From the NCBI GenBank assembly GCA_046290225.1, contig JBKAGE010000001.1, positions 64,001 to 128,000 of the forward strand: 64,000 nucleotides of DNA. The letters are read 5' to 3'. Positions 37,369-46,480 of this stretch are shown one piece after another; the stretch's first letter is position 1, and each line of letters starts with the position of its first letter. The notes beneath the pieces are model-generated. The model saw only the letters and a list, made by a program, of their open reading frames with translations, searched no databases and was not told the DNA's origin. Position numbers and translations under genes: made by a program. The DNA comes from Bradymonadia bacterium (GTDB taxonomy: Bacteria > Myxococcota_A > Bradymonadia > UBA7976 > UBA1532).

Positions 37369-40119
37369 ATGCGTTTTATCTGGGCCCTCCTCGGGGGCAG
37401 CCTGCTGATCACTGGACCCGGCCACGCTCAGCTCACCCCAGGGTCCACAGGCCCCACCACAGCGCCCGTTGCGCGCAGGATCGACGGGAAGTTCACCGTG
37501 CTCCGCGCAGCCATCGACCGACATGGCCATCGCGCGCCGATCTTCGGCCCCGAGGGCCTGCCCGCTGAGACAGATCTCAGCCGACTCGGCGCCACCCTCC
37601 GTTTCACCGAAGCCCTGGCCCCTGGGCAGATCGCGCAGCTCGAAGATAACGGCGTCGCCTTCGATCGTCGGGACGGAGAAGTAATCGCGCTGGGCACCGT
37701 CTACCCCGTACGGGTGACCTGGGCCGCCTTGCGATTCCTCGAAGCGTATCCAGGCCTCGTGCGCGCCGAGGCGAGCTGGCGCCCCTTCACCCTGAGCCCC
37801 TTGGAGATTACGGGCCTTCAATCCGGCACCGCGGCGGCGCGATGGCGAACTGAAGACGGCACTGATGGCACTGGCGTCACCGTGGCCACCATCGACAGCG
37901 GGGTGGACAGCCTGCACCCCCACTTCTTCAAGGCCGACGGCGAGTGGTTCGACTGGGTCGACGCCAATGGCGACGGTGACTTCGACCTGGGCACTGACGG
38001 GGTGGACTACGACAAAGACGGCAGCCTCGATGACAACGAGGTGATGCGGGTGCTCGACGCGGGCACCACAGGCTTCGGCTTTGGGCCCGCTGATGGCTTG
38101 GACGGCGTCCTCCAGCCCCGTCTCGACTGGCTCTACATCGACGTCAACGGCGATCGTCGACGCAACGTCGGCACTGACGATGGCTTCACCGAGTCTGATC
38201 CGGCCTACGGCGAGCCCCTCTTCGTCGTCGACGACGTCAACGGCAATGACGCCCTCGATCCCGGTGAGAAGGTGGTGCAGCTCGTCACCAGCAAGATCAG
38301 CAAGCTGGTATACGGCGAGCAGACCTTCACCCGAGGCGGCCCTCCGGGCTCGGGCCTCATCGACGCCGTGAAGCATCCGATCCACGAGGGCTCGTTCCAC
38401 GGCACGGGGGTGGCCAGCATCATCGTCGGCGGCCAGGCGGGCTTCCACGATCGCGTGGGCATGGCCCCCGGCTCGGAGATCATCAGCTACTCACCGTACG
38501 GCGAGCAGCAGGATCTCGAGTACGCCGGACAGGCCCGGGCCATCGCCGATGCCCTCGACAGCGGCGCCCGTCTCATCGTGCACGAGTGGACCGATCCGTT
38601 CTTCGTGGTGCAAGACGGCTCCACCAACCTCGAGGCGGCCATGGACGCCGCTCGAAATGGTGGCCTGATCCAGGTGAACCCCCTCGGCAACCTCAACGTG
38701 GCCCGCAAGCACGCGATCCGTGAAGTGAACGCAGGCGACAGCCTCTCTCTGAGCTTCGAGGTGGGTCCGGGCTTTCAGAGCGGCTTCGGATTCCAGCCCT
38801 ACACAGTGTCGTACGGCCTGGTCATGTGGCAGGGGGATCACAACCTCACCGTGGGGGTGAGGCGGCCCTTCAGTGCCAGCACCATCAACGTGCCCCTCGA
38901 TGGGCAATATCACGATCTCGGCGAGCGCACCTTCGCCCAGGCATACTGGGATGTGACCGATCGCGGCACGCGCTATGCCCTGGTCTTCGTCTTCAAAGAA
39001 GATTTCAACGGCGCAGAGGGCCTCACTGAAGGTGCATGGAACCTCGAGCTCGGAGGCTTCGCCGAGGCCGACACGGTACATGCCCGCATCGCGGACTACT
39101 ACTCGAGCTGGGGCCTGGGCATCGCCTGGGAAGACGCCACCCCCGACGTGAGCAGCGCGGTGTTCCCTTCGACCGCCGACTCGGCCATCGGGGTGGCAGC
39201 CTACGGCGGCCGTCACGATCTGCCTGACTTTGATGGCAGCCGCGCCGGTGAGCTGCGCAACTACTCAGGCCGTGGCCCACGCATCGATGGTGCGCCGGTG
39301 GTGGACATCGCCGCCTCTGATGATCCTTACGCTGCCATGGCGGCCACAGCCGAAACGATTCAGGCGGGCTATGGACGCTCCTGGTTCAGCACCTTCGGCG
39401 GCACCAGCGGCGCGGGCCCTCACGTAGCGGGTGCCCTGGCCCTCATGGCAGCCCATGATCCGGAGGCGAGCGCCACGGCCCTGGAAGATCGCCTCATCGC
39501 CACAGTGGATCAGTCGGCGCCGGTGCCCGACTACGGCGCCTTCCCGAACGATCACTGGGGGTATGGCCGCCTCGACGCCTACCGGGCGATCTACGACGCT
39601 CAGGCGCCGATCCCCGATCAGCGCCCTGATGTGGTGGTGGATGTGCAGGTCACCGAGTCCGAGGTGATCTTCGATCCCAGCCGCTCCAGTGATCCTGAGG
39701 GGGCGGCCATGAAGGTGCGCTTCGACATCGACTACGACGGCCGCTGGGAGTCGACGTGGCAGGATCTCACCCCCATGGCGATGCCCTTGGACGTCTTCGG
39801 CGGCGAGCCTGGACTGGCCAAAGTGCAAATCAGAGACGTGAGCGGTGCGACCCACGGGTTGCTGGTGCCCTTCGATCCCAGTCAGGTGACACCCCCACCC
39901 ATGCCTGATGCAGGCGTCTCTCCCGAGGCCGACTCGGGCCCGAACGGCGGCTCCGGTGGAGGCGCTGGAGGCGGCAACTCTTCTGATGGTGGCATCGACG
40001 TGATGCGGGCCACCGACGATGGTGGCTGCAACTGCTCGACGAAGGGCACAAGCCCAGCGGCCTTGCTCTGGCCACTGCTGGTCCTGGCAGGGCTTGCACG
40101 CAGGCGCGCCTCTCGCTGA
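37369..40119 (+). CDS. S8 subtilisin-like serine peptidase with MYXO-CTERM
   Basis: Catalytic motifs IDSGVD, HGTGVASI and GGTSGAGPHVAG; WGYGRLDA; PKD-like region; C-terminal GGCNCS...LLVLAGLARRR. Confidence 0.93.
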   Translation: MRFIWALLGGSLLITGPGHAQLTPGSTGPTTAPVARRIDGKFTVLRAAIDRHGHRAPIFGPEGLPAETDLSRLGATLRFTEALAPGQIAQLEDNGVAFDRRDGEVIALGTVYPVRVTWAALRFLEAYPGLVRAEASWRPFTLSPLEITGLQSGTAAARWRTEDGTDGTGVTVATIDSGVDSLHPHFFKADGEWFDWVDANGDGDFDLGTDGVDYDKDGSLDDNEVMRVLDAGTTGFGFGPADGLDGVLQPRLDWLYIDVNGDRRRNVGTDDGFTESDPAYGEPLFVVDDVNGNDALDPGEKVVQLVTSKISKLVYGEQTFTRGGPPGSGLIDAVKHPIHEGSFHGTGVASIIVGGQAGFHDRVGMAPGSEIISYSPYGEQQDLEYAGQARAIADALDSGARLIVHEWTDPFFVVQDGSTNLEAAMDAARNGGLIQVNPLGNLNVARKHAIREVNAGDSLSLSFEVGPGFQSGFGFQPYTVSYGLVMWQGDHNLTVGVRRPFSASTINVPLDGQYHDLGERTFAQAYWDVTDRGTRYALVFVFKEDFNGAEGLTEGAWNLELGGFAEADTVHARIADYYSSWGLGIAWEDATPDVSSAVFPSTADSAIGVAAYGGRHDLPDFDGSRAGELRNYSGRGPRIDGAPVVDIAASDDPYAAMAATAETIQAGYGRSWFSTFGGTSGAGPHVAGALALMAAHDPEASATALEDRLIATVDQSAPVPDYGAFPNDHWGYGRLDAYRAIYDAQAPIPDQRPDVVVDVQVTESEVIFDPSRSSDPEGAAMKVRFDIDYDGRWESTWQDLTPMAMPLDVFGGEPGLAKVQIRDVSGATHGLLVPFDPSQVTPPPMPDAGVSPEADSGPNGGSGGGAGGGNSSDGGIDVMRATDDGGCNCSTKGTSPAALLWPLLVLAGLARRRASR

Positions 40120-40193
40120 CAGGCCGACGTGAGTCCTTGACCGCGCTCATATTTCGGAACACCTTGATCTTCCACAACATGCAGGAGGGTCAG

Positions 40194-40724
40194 ATGAATC
40201 TCGAAGCGCTGCTCAAAGACACCGGCGAACTGCGCTCCCCCCTCGACGTCTCGGCCTTTGTGCTCGTGCAGGCCCTCAAGTCGATCGACTCCCCACAAGC
40301 AGAGCAGATCGAGGCGCTCTTCAAGGCCTCGATCCCCAGAGTGAGTGACGAAGACACCGAGCTTCTGTCTCAAGTGCTCATGCACCACCTCGCCGAGGCC
40401 CTCGCCCACGGCGCCTACTACGGCACTGTGCAGCTCGCTGGCAGCCTCACCATGGTGGAAGCCCACATCCTGCACGACGCTCTGAAACAGTCAGGCGTGG
40501 CCAACCGGATCCGCCATGATCACCAGACCGGGAACAGCTTCCCCAACCTGGGCAACGATGTGGAGATCTGGGTGTATCCCAACGATCTCGAGCGCGCGCG
40601 GGCCATCTACCAGCAGACCCAGGCCACCGACGCATCCACTGTGACCTGCAGCAACTGCGGTGAAGAGAACCCCGGTCACTTCGGGCGCTGTTGGAACTGC
40701 GGCTCCACCCTGAGCAACGACTGA
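40194..40724 (+). CDS. DUF2007-like protein with a C-terminal RanBP2-type zinc ribbon
   Basis: EAHILHDALKQSGV...VEIWV..DLERA; CSNCGEENPGHFGRCWNCG; AGGAGG RBS. Confidence 0.8.
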   Translation: MNLEALLKDTGELRSPLDVSAFVLVQALKSIDSPQAEQIEALFKASIPRVSDEDTELLSQVLMHHLAEALAHGAYYGTVQLAGSLTMVEAHILHDALKQSGVANRIRHDHQTGNSFPNLGNDVEIWVYPNDLERARAIYQQTQATDASTVTCSNCGEENPGHFGRCWNCGSTLSND

Positions 40725-40809
40725 TTTCACAGCACATCTCAAGCGACCCCCACCTCTCCCAGCCATCTTTACAACGCGATCTCATTGGAGACCCTCTCGA
40801 GGAGCGTTT

Positions 40810-42273
40810 GTGGCCACTCAAACCGATCAGGTGTCGACCGAGCCCGATCTCGTACAGCACACGGGCACCCGCGAGTTCAGTCGCCGATTGCCCCTGAGCA
40901 TCAGCGCCCAAACGCTGTATGACTGGCACGCCCGGCCGGGGGCCTTCGAACGCCTCGCCCCACCTTGGGAGGACATCGAGGTGGTGCACAAAGCCGGGGG
41001 AATCGAGGACGGCGCCCAGCTGATCATGAAGATCAAGAAGGGCCCCTTCAAACTCACATGGGAAGCCCTGCACCAGGGTCACGTCCCTGGTGCGCAGTTC
41101 CAGGACCAGCAAGTGCGTGGACCCTTCGGGTTCTGGTTGCACACCCACCGGTTCGAAGAGCGAGAGGGCGGCAGCATGTTGCACGATCATGTGCAGTATC
41201 GACTGCCCGTACACCCACTCGGGCAGTGGTTCGGTGGATGGTTCGCCCGACGCATGCTCGACCAGATGTTCACCCATCGTCATCACCGCACGCAGGCAGA
41301 TCTCATGCGACACCAGGCCTTCGCCGATCAGCGCCCCCTCACTGTGGTCATCGCCGGGGCCAGCGGCCTCGTGGGCAGCGCCCTGACCCCCTTCTTGACT
41401 ACGGGTGGCCACAGCGTGCGGCGGCTGGTGCGCCGGCCCGCTGCTGGTCAGGGCGTGCCCGAGAACACCGAGCATCGGTGGGATCCGGCAAAGGGCGAGC
41501 TCGATCCGTCGATCTTCGAAGGCGTCGACGCAGTGATCTGTCTCTCTGGGGCTGGGGTGGCCGACAAACGATGGAGCCCTGATCGCAAACGCGTGCTCGT
41601 CGAGAGTCGCACCGACACGGTGGGTCTCATCGCCCGCACCCTCGCTGAGCTGAAAGCCCAGGGTCGGCCGTGCCCCCAGACCTTCATCGCCGCCTCGGCC
41701 ATCGGGTACTACGGATTTCACCGAGACGACCACGACGCCTTCTCCGAGGCCGACGCCCCTGGGGAAGACTTCCTCGCCCGGCTCTGCGTAGACTGGGAGA
41801 AAGCTGCAGAGCCGGCCCGAGACGCAGGCATCCGGGTGGTGACCCCACGGATCGGGGTGGTGATGTCTCCCAAGGGGGGCGCCCTGGGCAAGCTGCTCAC
41901 CCCTTTCAAGCTCGGCGGCGGTGGGCCTGTGGGCCACGGCGGGCAGATGATGAGCTGGATCGCCCTCGACGATCTCGTGGGGCTGATTCACTTCGCTCTG
42001 CTCGACGAGCGTGTCGAGGGACCGGTGAACGCCGTGGCGCCGAACCCGGTCACCAGCCGTGAGTTCGCCAGAACGCTGGGCCGGGTGCTCAAACGACCAG
42101 CGATCATCCCTGCCCCTGCCTTTGCCATCAAAGCGGCCTTCGGTGAGATGGGCGAGACGGTGCTGCTCCATGGGCAACGCGTGAAGCCCCAGGCCCTCAT
42201 CGACGCGGGCTTTCAGTGGCAGCACCCTCACCTCGAAGATGCTCTGCGCCACGAGCTGGGCCTGATTCAGTGA
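40810..42273 (+). CDS. SRPBCC domain fused to a TIGR01777 NAD-dependent epimerase
   Basis: WHARPGAFERLAPPW, F.D.QVRGPF..W.HTH; Rossmann motif AGASGLVG; ASAIGYYG, DFLARLCVDWE and SWIALDD. Confidence 0.93.
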   Translation: MATQTDQVSTEPDLVQHTGTREFSRRLPLSISAQTLYDWHARPGAFERLAPPWEDIEVVHKAGGIEDGAQLIMKIKKGPFKLTWEALHQGHVPGAQFQDQQVRGPFGFWLHTHRFEEREGGSMLHDHVQYRLPVHPLGQWFGGWFARRMLDQMFTHRHHRTQADLMRHQAFADQRPLTVVIAGASGLVGSALTPFLTTGGHSVRRLVRRPAAGQGVPENTEHRWDPAKGELDPSIFEGVDAVICLSGAGVADKRWSPDRKRVLVESRTDTVGLIARTLAELKAQGRPCPQTFIAASAIGYYGFHRDDHDAFSEADAPGEDFLARLCVDWEKAAEPARDAGIRVVTPRIGVVMSPKGGALGKLLTPFKLGGGGPVGHGGQMMSWIALDDLVGLIHFALLDERVEGPVNAVAPNPVTSREFARTLGRVLKRPAIIPAPAFAIKAAFGEMGETVLLHGQRVKPQALIDAGFQWQHPHLEDALRHELGLIQ

Positions 42274-42710
42274 GCATGTTCCTGTTGGTCCATGCCGCCT
42301 CCACCTGGGCGCTCGTGGGCCTCATCTGGACCATTCAGATGGTGCACTATCCACTCTTCGCCCAAGTGGGCCCCGAGGGCTTCACGGCGTATCACCACGA
42401 TCACACCCGCCTCATCACCTTCGTGGTGGGTCCATTGATGCTTGCCGAGGCCTTCACCACAGCGGCGCTGGTCTTCATGCCCGATGCGTTGCCAAGTGAC
42501 TTGAAGGGCGCCGCATGGGTTGGGGCGATCCTGCTCGCGGTGGTCTGGTTGACGACGGCCTTTATCTCGGTGCCATGCCACAACCAGCTCGCCGGAGGCT
42601 TCAATGCGCACGCCCACGACAAGCTGGTGAGCACCAACTGGATCCGCACCATCGCATGGACCGCCCGAGGCGCTCTGGTGCTGTGGATCTTTAATCGCAC
42701 ATCCTCTTGA
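42270..42710 (+). CDS. Conserved 4-TM membrane protein
   Basis: GLIWTIQMVHYPLF, VGPLMLAE, SVPCH..L and LVSTNWIRT; GTGA overlap with the upstream gene. Confidence 0.8.
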   Translation: MSMFLLVHAASTWALVGLIWTIQMVHYPLFAQVGPEGFTAYHHDHTRLITFVVGPLMLAEAFTTAALVFMPDALPSDLKGAAWVGAILLAVVWLTTAFISVPCHNQLAGGFNAHAHDKLVSTNWIRTIAWTARGALVLWIFNRTSS

Positions 42711-42765
42711 TTACCCCTCACCCTTTGCGGAGACTCCGCCCCTTGAACGCACCACAGGTGACCTC

Positions 42766-44022
42766 ATGACCCGCGCTATCTGTTGGATCGCCGCGGCATC
42801 GCTCTTTGGTGGCTGTGCCGGCGATGCAGAAACTTCCCTGGGCAACGAGCGTGTCCGTGCCCCCGATGCTCAAATGGCCCCTGACGCAGCAGGCCCCCTC
42901 CCCGGGCAACCGGACATGGGCCTGCCCGACACCGACGCCGCCGTGGGCTCTGCCGATGTGGGTACGGCCGATCCGGACGCGATGGCTGCAGATCCCGACG
43001 CCGGGCGCGATGAACCCGACGCCGAGGTGATGCCGGATCCTGATGCAGCCATGGGTGAAGCTGATGCCGAGCCTGACGCTGACATCGACGCACCCGATGC
43101 GGCGCCTGAGCCCGACATGGGACCTGTCGATCCGAACCTCGACCCTGGGGCACCAGGGCCCTATGCGGTCTCTGTGGAGGCTGGGGTGAACGTGGCCCTG
43201 CCCGAGAACAGCAGCAGCACACTCATCGTGTGCACCCCTGAAGAGAACGGTGCCCCCCTCGACGAGGCGCTGCCTCTGGTGGTCATCTCCCCGGGCTTCC
43301 AGCTCGAGACCAGCCTCTACCGTTCATACTGCGAGCGCATCGCCAGCTGGGGCTTTTTCACGGTCATCCGTAGCCTCAACGTAGTGGGCTTCACCGCAGA
43401 CCACCCTGCGATGGCTCGGGATCTCAGCGGCCTCATCGACGTACTCACCGCCAACGACAGCCCCTATGCAGGGCAGATCGATGCCTCGGCCATTGCCGCA
43501 GCAGGCCACTCCCTCGGCGGAAAGCTGAGCGCCCTCGCTGCCGCTGACGATGATCGCATTGATGGGGTGATCGGCTGGGATCCGGTTGATGCTGATCCCC
43601 CCGGCGGCTTCGGCGTCGGCGCCTCAGTCGTGCCAGAGCGCGGGGGTGATCTGTCGATGCCCGTGCTGGTCTTTGGTGAGACCCTCGATGCTGATCCGGT
43701 CTTCGGGTTCGGGCCCTCGTGCGCCCCCGCTGACCAGAACTACACGCAGTACTATGACGCCGCCTCTGGGGAGGCCACGGAGATCACCTTCGCCGGGGCT
43801 GATCACGTGGACTGGCTCGACAATGTCAACTGTGGGCTGTTCTGCAACGCGTGCCAGTCAGGCATGGCCGATGATGCGGTGGTGCGCTCGATCACTCAAC
43901 GCACCACAGTGGCCTTCTTGCTGCTGCACTTGCAGGGTATGCAGGGCATGGCCCGCTGGGTCGATGGTGACGGCCTCGACGCCGACGAGCAGGCAGGGAC
44001 GATCACGGTGCGCTCTCGTTGA
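42766..44022 (+). CDS. Lipoprotein alpha/beta hydrolase (chlorophyllase/cutinase-like)
   Basis: Lipobox FGGC; PDA-rich linker; PGPYAV, ISPGF, IASWGF, nucleophile GHSLGG, WDPVD and GADHVDWLD. Confidence 0.85.
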   Translation: MTRAICWIAAASLFGGCAGDAETSLGNERVRAPDAQMAPDAAGPLPGQPDMGLPDTDAAVGSADVGTADPDAMAADPDAGRDEPDAEVMPDPDAAMGEADAEPDADIDAPDAAPEPDMGPVDPNLDPGAPGPYAVSVEAGVNVALPENSSSTLIVCTPEENGAPLDEALPLVVISPGFQLETSLYRSYCERIASWGFFTVIRSLNVVGFTADHPAMARDLSGLIDVLTANDSPYAGQIDASAIAAAGHSLGGKLSALAAADDDRIDGVIGWDPVDADPPGGFGVGASVVPERGGDLSMPVLVFGETLDADPVFGFGPSCAPADQNYTQYYDAASGEATEITFAGADHVDWLDNVNCGLFCNACQSGMADDAVVRSITQRTTVAFLLLHLQGMQGMARWVDGDGLDADEQAGTITVRSR

Positions 44023-44023
44023 C

Positions 44024-45865
44024 TCACTGCCCCGCCTGCTGATCTGAGAGCCAGGCCAGCGCAGCCTGAGCCGCCTCGCCTTGCACGCCATACCGACCGA
44101 TCAGCCCCTTTACCCGGCTGTGATTCACCGAGTGCACATCCCCTTCGAGCACCATCTCTGCCAGGGCCGTCTGCATCTCCGGGGTCAGACGGCCCGCGCG
44201 GGCCTGCTCGTCGAGCGCGTCGAGGGCCGAGCCCTGCACGCCATAGTCAGCGTCGAGCGCCAGATCCAGCAACAACGCCCCAGCCCCAGGATCAGCCACA
44301 GCCCGCAGGGCCGTCGCCGTCGCCGCTCGCACACCCACCTCGGGGTGCTGGGCGTCGCCTTCGAGCAGCTGTACCAGCTCAGATCGGGCGGTGTTGCCCA
44401 GCGCACGGATCATGTCTCCACGAGCCTCGGTGTCTTCGATGCCATCCAGCCCGGAGGCGAGGCGCTGGTAGGCCTGCACGCTACGGCCCTCGTCGCTGTG
44501 GTGATCGATGGCGCTGCCCAGAGCGAATGCCGCAGCCATGGGCGCTGCGCCTGCCGCGTCGCTGGTCAGCTCCTCCTCGAGCCAATCGAGTGAAGCCGCA
44601 GTGGTCGACTCCACCATGGAGAACCGCTGAATCAGCAACCCACGCTCGTCATCTGCCCGCGCAGCGGGGGTCTCCAGAGCTGTACGCAGTGCGTTCTGTG
44701 CCTGTGGATGGCCAGCGTTGGCCAGCAGATCAGCTACGAGGGCGCGGCCCTTCTGGCCCAGGGCCGGCTCTTCGAAGAGGGTGACCAGCTGCTCGCACAG
44801 CTCCGGCTGAAGCCTGAGCAGCCCCGTGGCGCGCCAGAGCCACCGCTGGTGATCAGGCATCTCCCCAGCAGGGCCGAAGCGCATCAGGTCATCGCTGATC
44901 TGGTCGAAGGTCAGCCCCGCCGCTCGACGCGTGAGCATCTGGCGCTCGGCATCGGCGCTCACTTTGATCTGACCGGGCACTCGACGCTCAAGCTCTGTCT
45001 TCTGTTGCGCCACGACCTCAGCTTCAGTGATGTCCACGAGCACAAGGCTCAGGCTGTGATGCGCGGAGAGACCATGCCCCGGCTCGGAGACCTCGATGTG
45101 CATCGTGCTCTGGAGATCCACCACATGGCCTGCAGGACTCACGTGGGCCAGGGTGCGCCCATCCACAGGGGCCCCACCCTCGGGCAAGGCCTGTAGACGC
45201 TCGCATTGTTCGCGCCGGCGCTCTACCTGCCACTGGGCCCCCACCTCAGTGGCTGTATAGTCCCCCACCATGGCGCCGTACTGTGTGTACTGCTCAGCCG
45301 ACCACGCCCCCTCCGCTTGCACCACGAGTTCAAGCTCCGAGGCCATCATCTGAGCGATGTGCTTGAAGAGACGGTGGCTGTCCTGAGGCATGTCGATGGC
45401 CCGCACGCGCCCGTCGAGACCCACAGTCAGCTCTGCATAGGCACCATCGAACACAGCAGCAGCGGCCTCTGCGCTGGGGATCGCATCGGTGTCGAGGACC
45501 ATCAGCCGATGTCGGGTGACGTCGGCGAGGCGCACCTTCAACCGCCAATGATCAGCGGCCTGAGCGATGGGCTCGATGATCCAGATGCCTTCGAGATCAG
45601 CCTGACCAGCGATGTCGACGGTCTCTCCTACACCCACAGTCCGCGTCACGGTCTGCTCTGCGGTGTAGGTGAGCTGGTAGCGGTAGCGTCGGCCGAGTTG
45701 CCACGCCAGCTGTGGGCCGTCGCCAAGTGAAGCCTGCCGAGTGATGGTGTTGTGTTTGGCGGTCTGCTCAGGCTGTGAGGCGGCCTGCTCGCTCTCACCG
45801 CCAAAGCCCGCCCAGAGTGCCACCGAGATGCCCGCCGCTGCCGTGATGATGCCAATACGCCGCAT
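44024..45865 (-). CDS. Exported protein with an N-terminal beta domain and HEAT-like repeats (vitellogenin/MTP N-terminal-like architecture)
   Basis: N-terminal signal or anchor; WQLGRRYRYQLTY beta-start; LANAGHPQAQ.AL, AAFALGS, IRALGNT and VRAATATAL; AGGAG RBS. Confidence 0.78.
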   Translation of the reverse strand: MRRIGIITAAAGISVALWAGFGGESEQAASQPEQTAKHNTITRQASLGDGPQLAWQLGRRYRYQLTYTAEQTVTRTVGVGETVDIAGQADLEGIWIIEPIAQAADHWRLKVRLADVTRHRLMVLDTDAIPSAEAAAAVFDGAYAELTVGLDGRVRAIDMPQDSHRLFKHIAQMMASELELVVQAEGAWSAEQYTQYGAMVGDYTATEVGAQWQVERRREQCERLQALPEGGAPVDGRTLAHVSPAGHVVDLQSTMHIEVSEPGHGLSAHHSLSLVLVDITEAEVVAQQKTELERRVPGQIKVSADAERQMLTRRAAGLTFDQISDDLMRFGPAGEMPDHQRWLWRATGLLRLQPELCEQLVTLFEEPALGQKGRALVADLLANAGHPQAQNALRTALETPAARADDERGLLIQRFSMVESTTAASLDWLEEELTSDAAGAAPMAAAFALGSAIDHHSDEGRSVQAYQRLASGLDGIEDTEARGDMIRALGNTARSELVQLLEGDAQHPEVGVRAATATALRAVADPGAGALLLDLALDADYGVQGSALDALDEQARAGRLTPEMQTALAEMVLEGDVHSVNHSRVKGLIGRYGVQGEAAQAALAWLSDQQAGQ

Positions 45866-45936
45866 GATCTTGCTCCTGAAGTCCGAGGTCTCTGCCTTGG
45901 GCTACGCAAGATCGATACGGCTTTTTTTCGAGCACG

Positions 45937-46404
45937 ATGTTTTTGTCACCATCGTGCGAAACAACCACTGCTGAAGTGCCAATCAACATACATGTCATGG
46001 TGGCGATGCGTAGATGGGGTCAGCTCTACCTTGAGCTCGTCAGACATCCTGGAGGATGGGAAAACTCCATCCCATTCTTCCGCTATACTCTGCTCACCCA
46101 CGACGGCTTGAGAGACACAACCCTCGTCCACACACTCAAAACCGTGGTCGACAACCTCGCAGGAGAGGAGATCATGCCGTACGGAAACCGCTATCTGGAA
46201 GCACTTGAGAGCCGAGGCGAGGCCCGCGGTCAAGCGATGACCCGCATCGAGATGACCATGAAGGTCATCCGTCGCTTCTTCCCAGATGAGGCAGAATCTG
46301 CGCGCTCATGGGTAGAGCAGGCAACACCCGAGATGATTGATGGCATGATCGACCGGCTCGTCGACGCCAGGACCTTGGCAGAGCTGTTGGGTCAACTACC
46401 ATAA
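45937..46404 (+). pseudogene. C-terminal remnant of an Rpn (YhgA-like putative transposase) gene with a DUF4351-like end; possible short internal ORF 46174-46404
   Basis: RWGQLYLELVRHPGG...FRYTL, EEIMPYG...RGEARG and RRF...VEQAT.E.ID...DRLVDARTLAELL; no N-terminal PD-(D/E)xK domain; AGGAGAGGAG RBS before ATG 46174. Confidence 0.65.
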
Positions 46405-46409
46405 CGTAA

Positions 46410-46457
46410 AACGCCCGCCCCCGACTCGCTGTGCATAGCGAGCCAGAAGCGGGCGTT
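46410..46457 (-). terminator. Rho-independent terminator of the 785-aa gene
   Basis: AACGCCCGC...GCGGGCGTT stem with an inner CTCGCT..AGCGAG stem; T run on the minus strand. Confidence 0.65.
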
Positions 46458-46480
46458 CGCTCAAATGAGCGCGCTCATTT

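Noticed and set aside
40447..42252. 601-aa minus-strand ORF, and similar shadows at 27092-28873, 48869-50365, 4975-6435 and 37078-38448
   Set aside because: Each lies opposite a gene with clear motifs and has no recognisable domain itself.
45937..46404. Intact IS element
   Set aside because: No catalytic domain, terminal inverted repeats or target duplication found; treated as an Rpn remnant.
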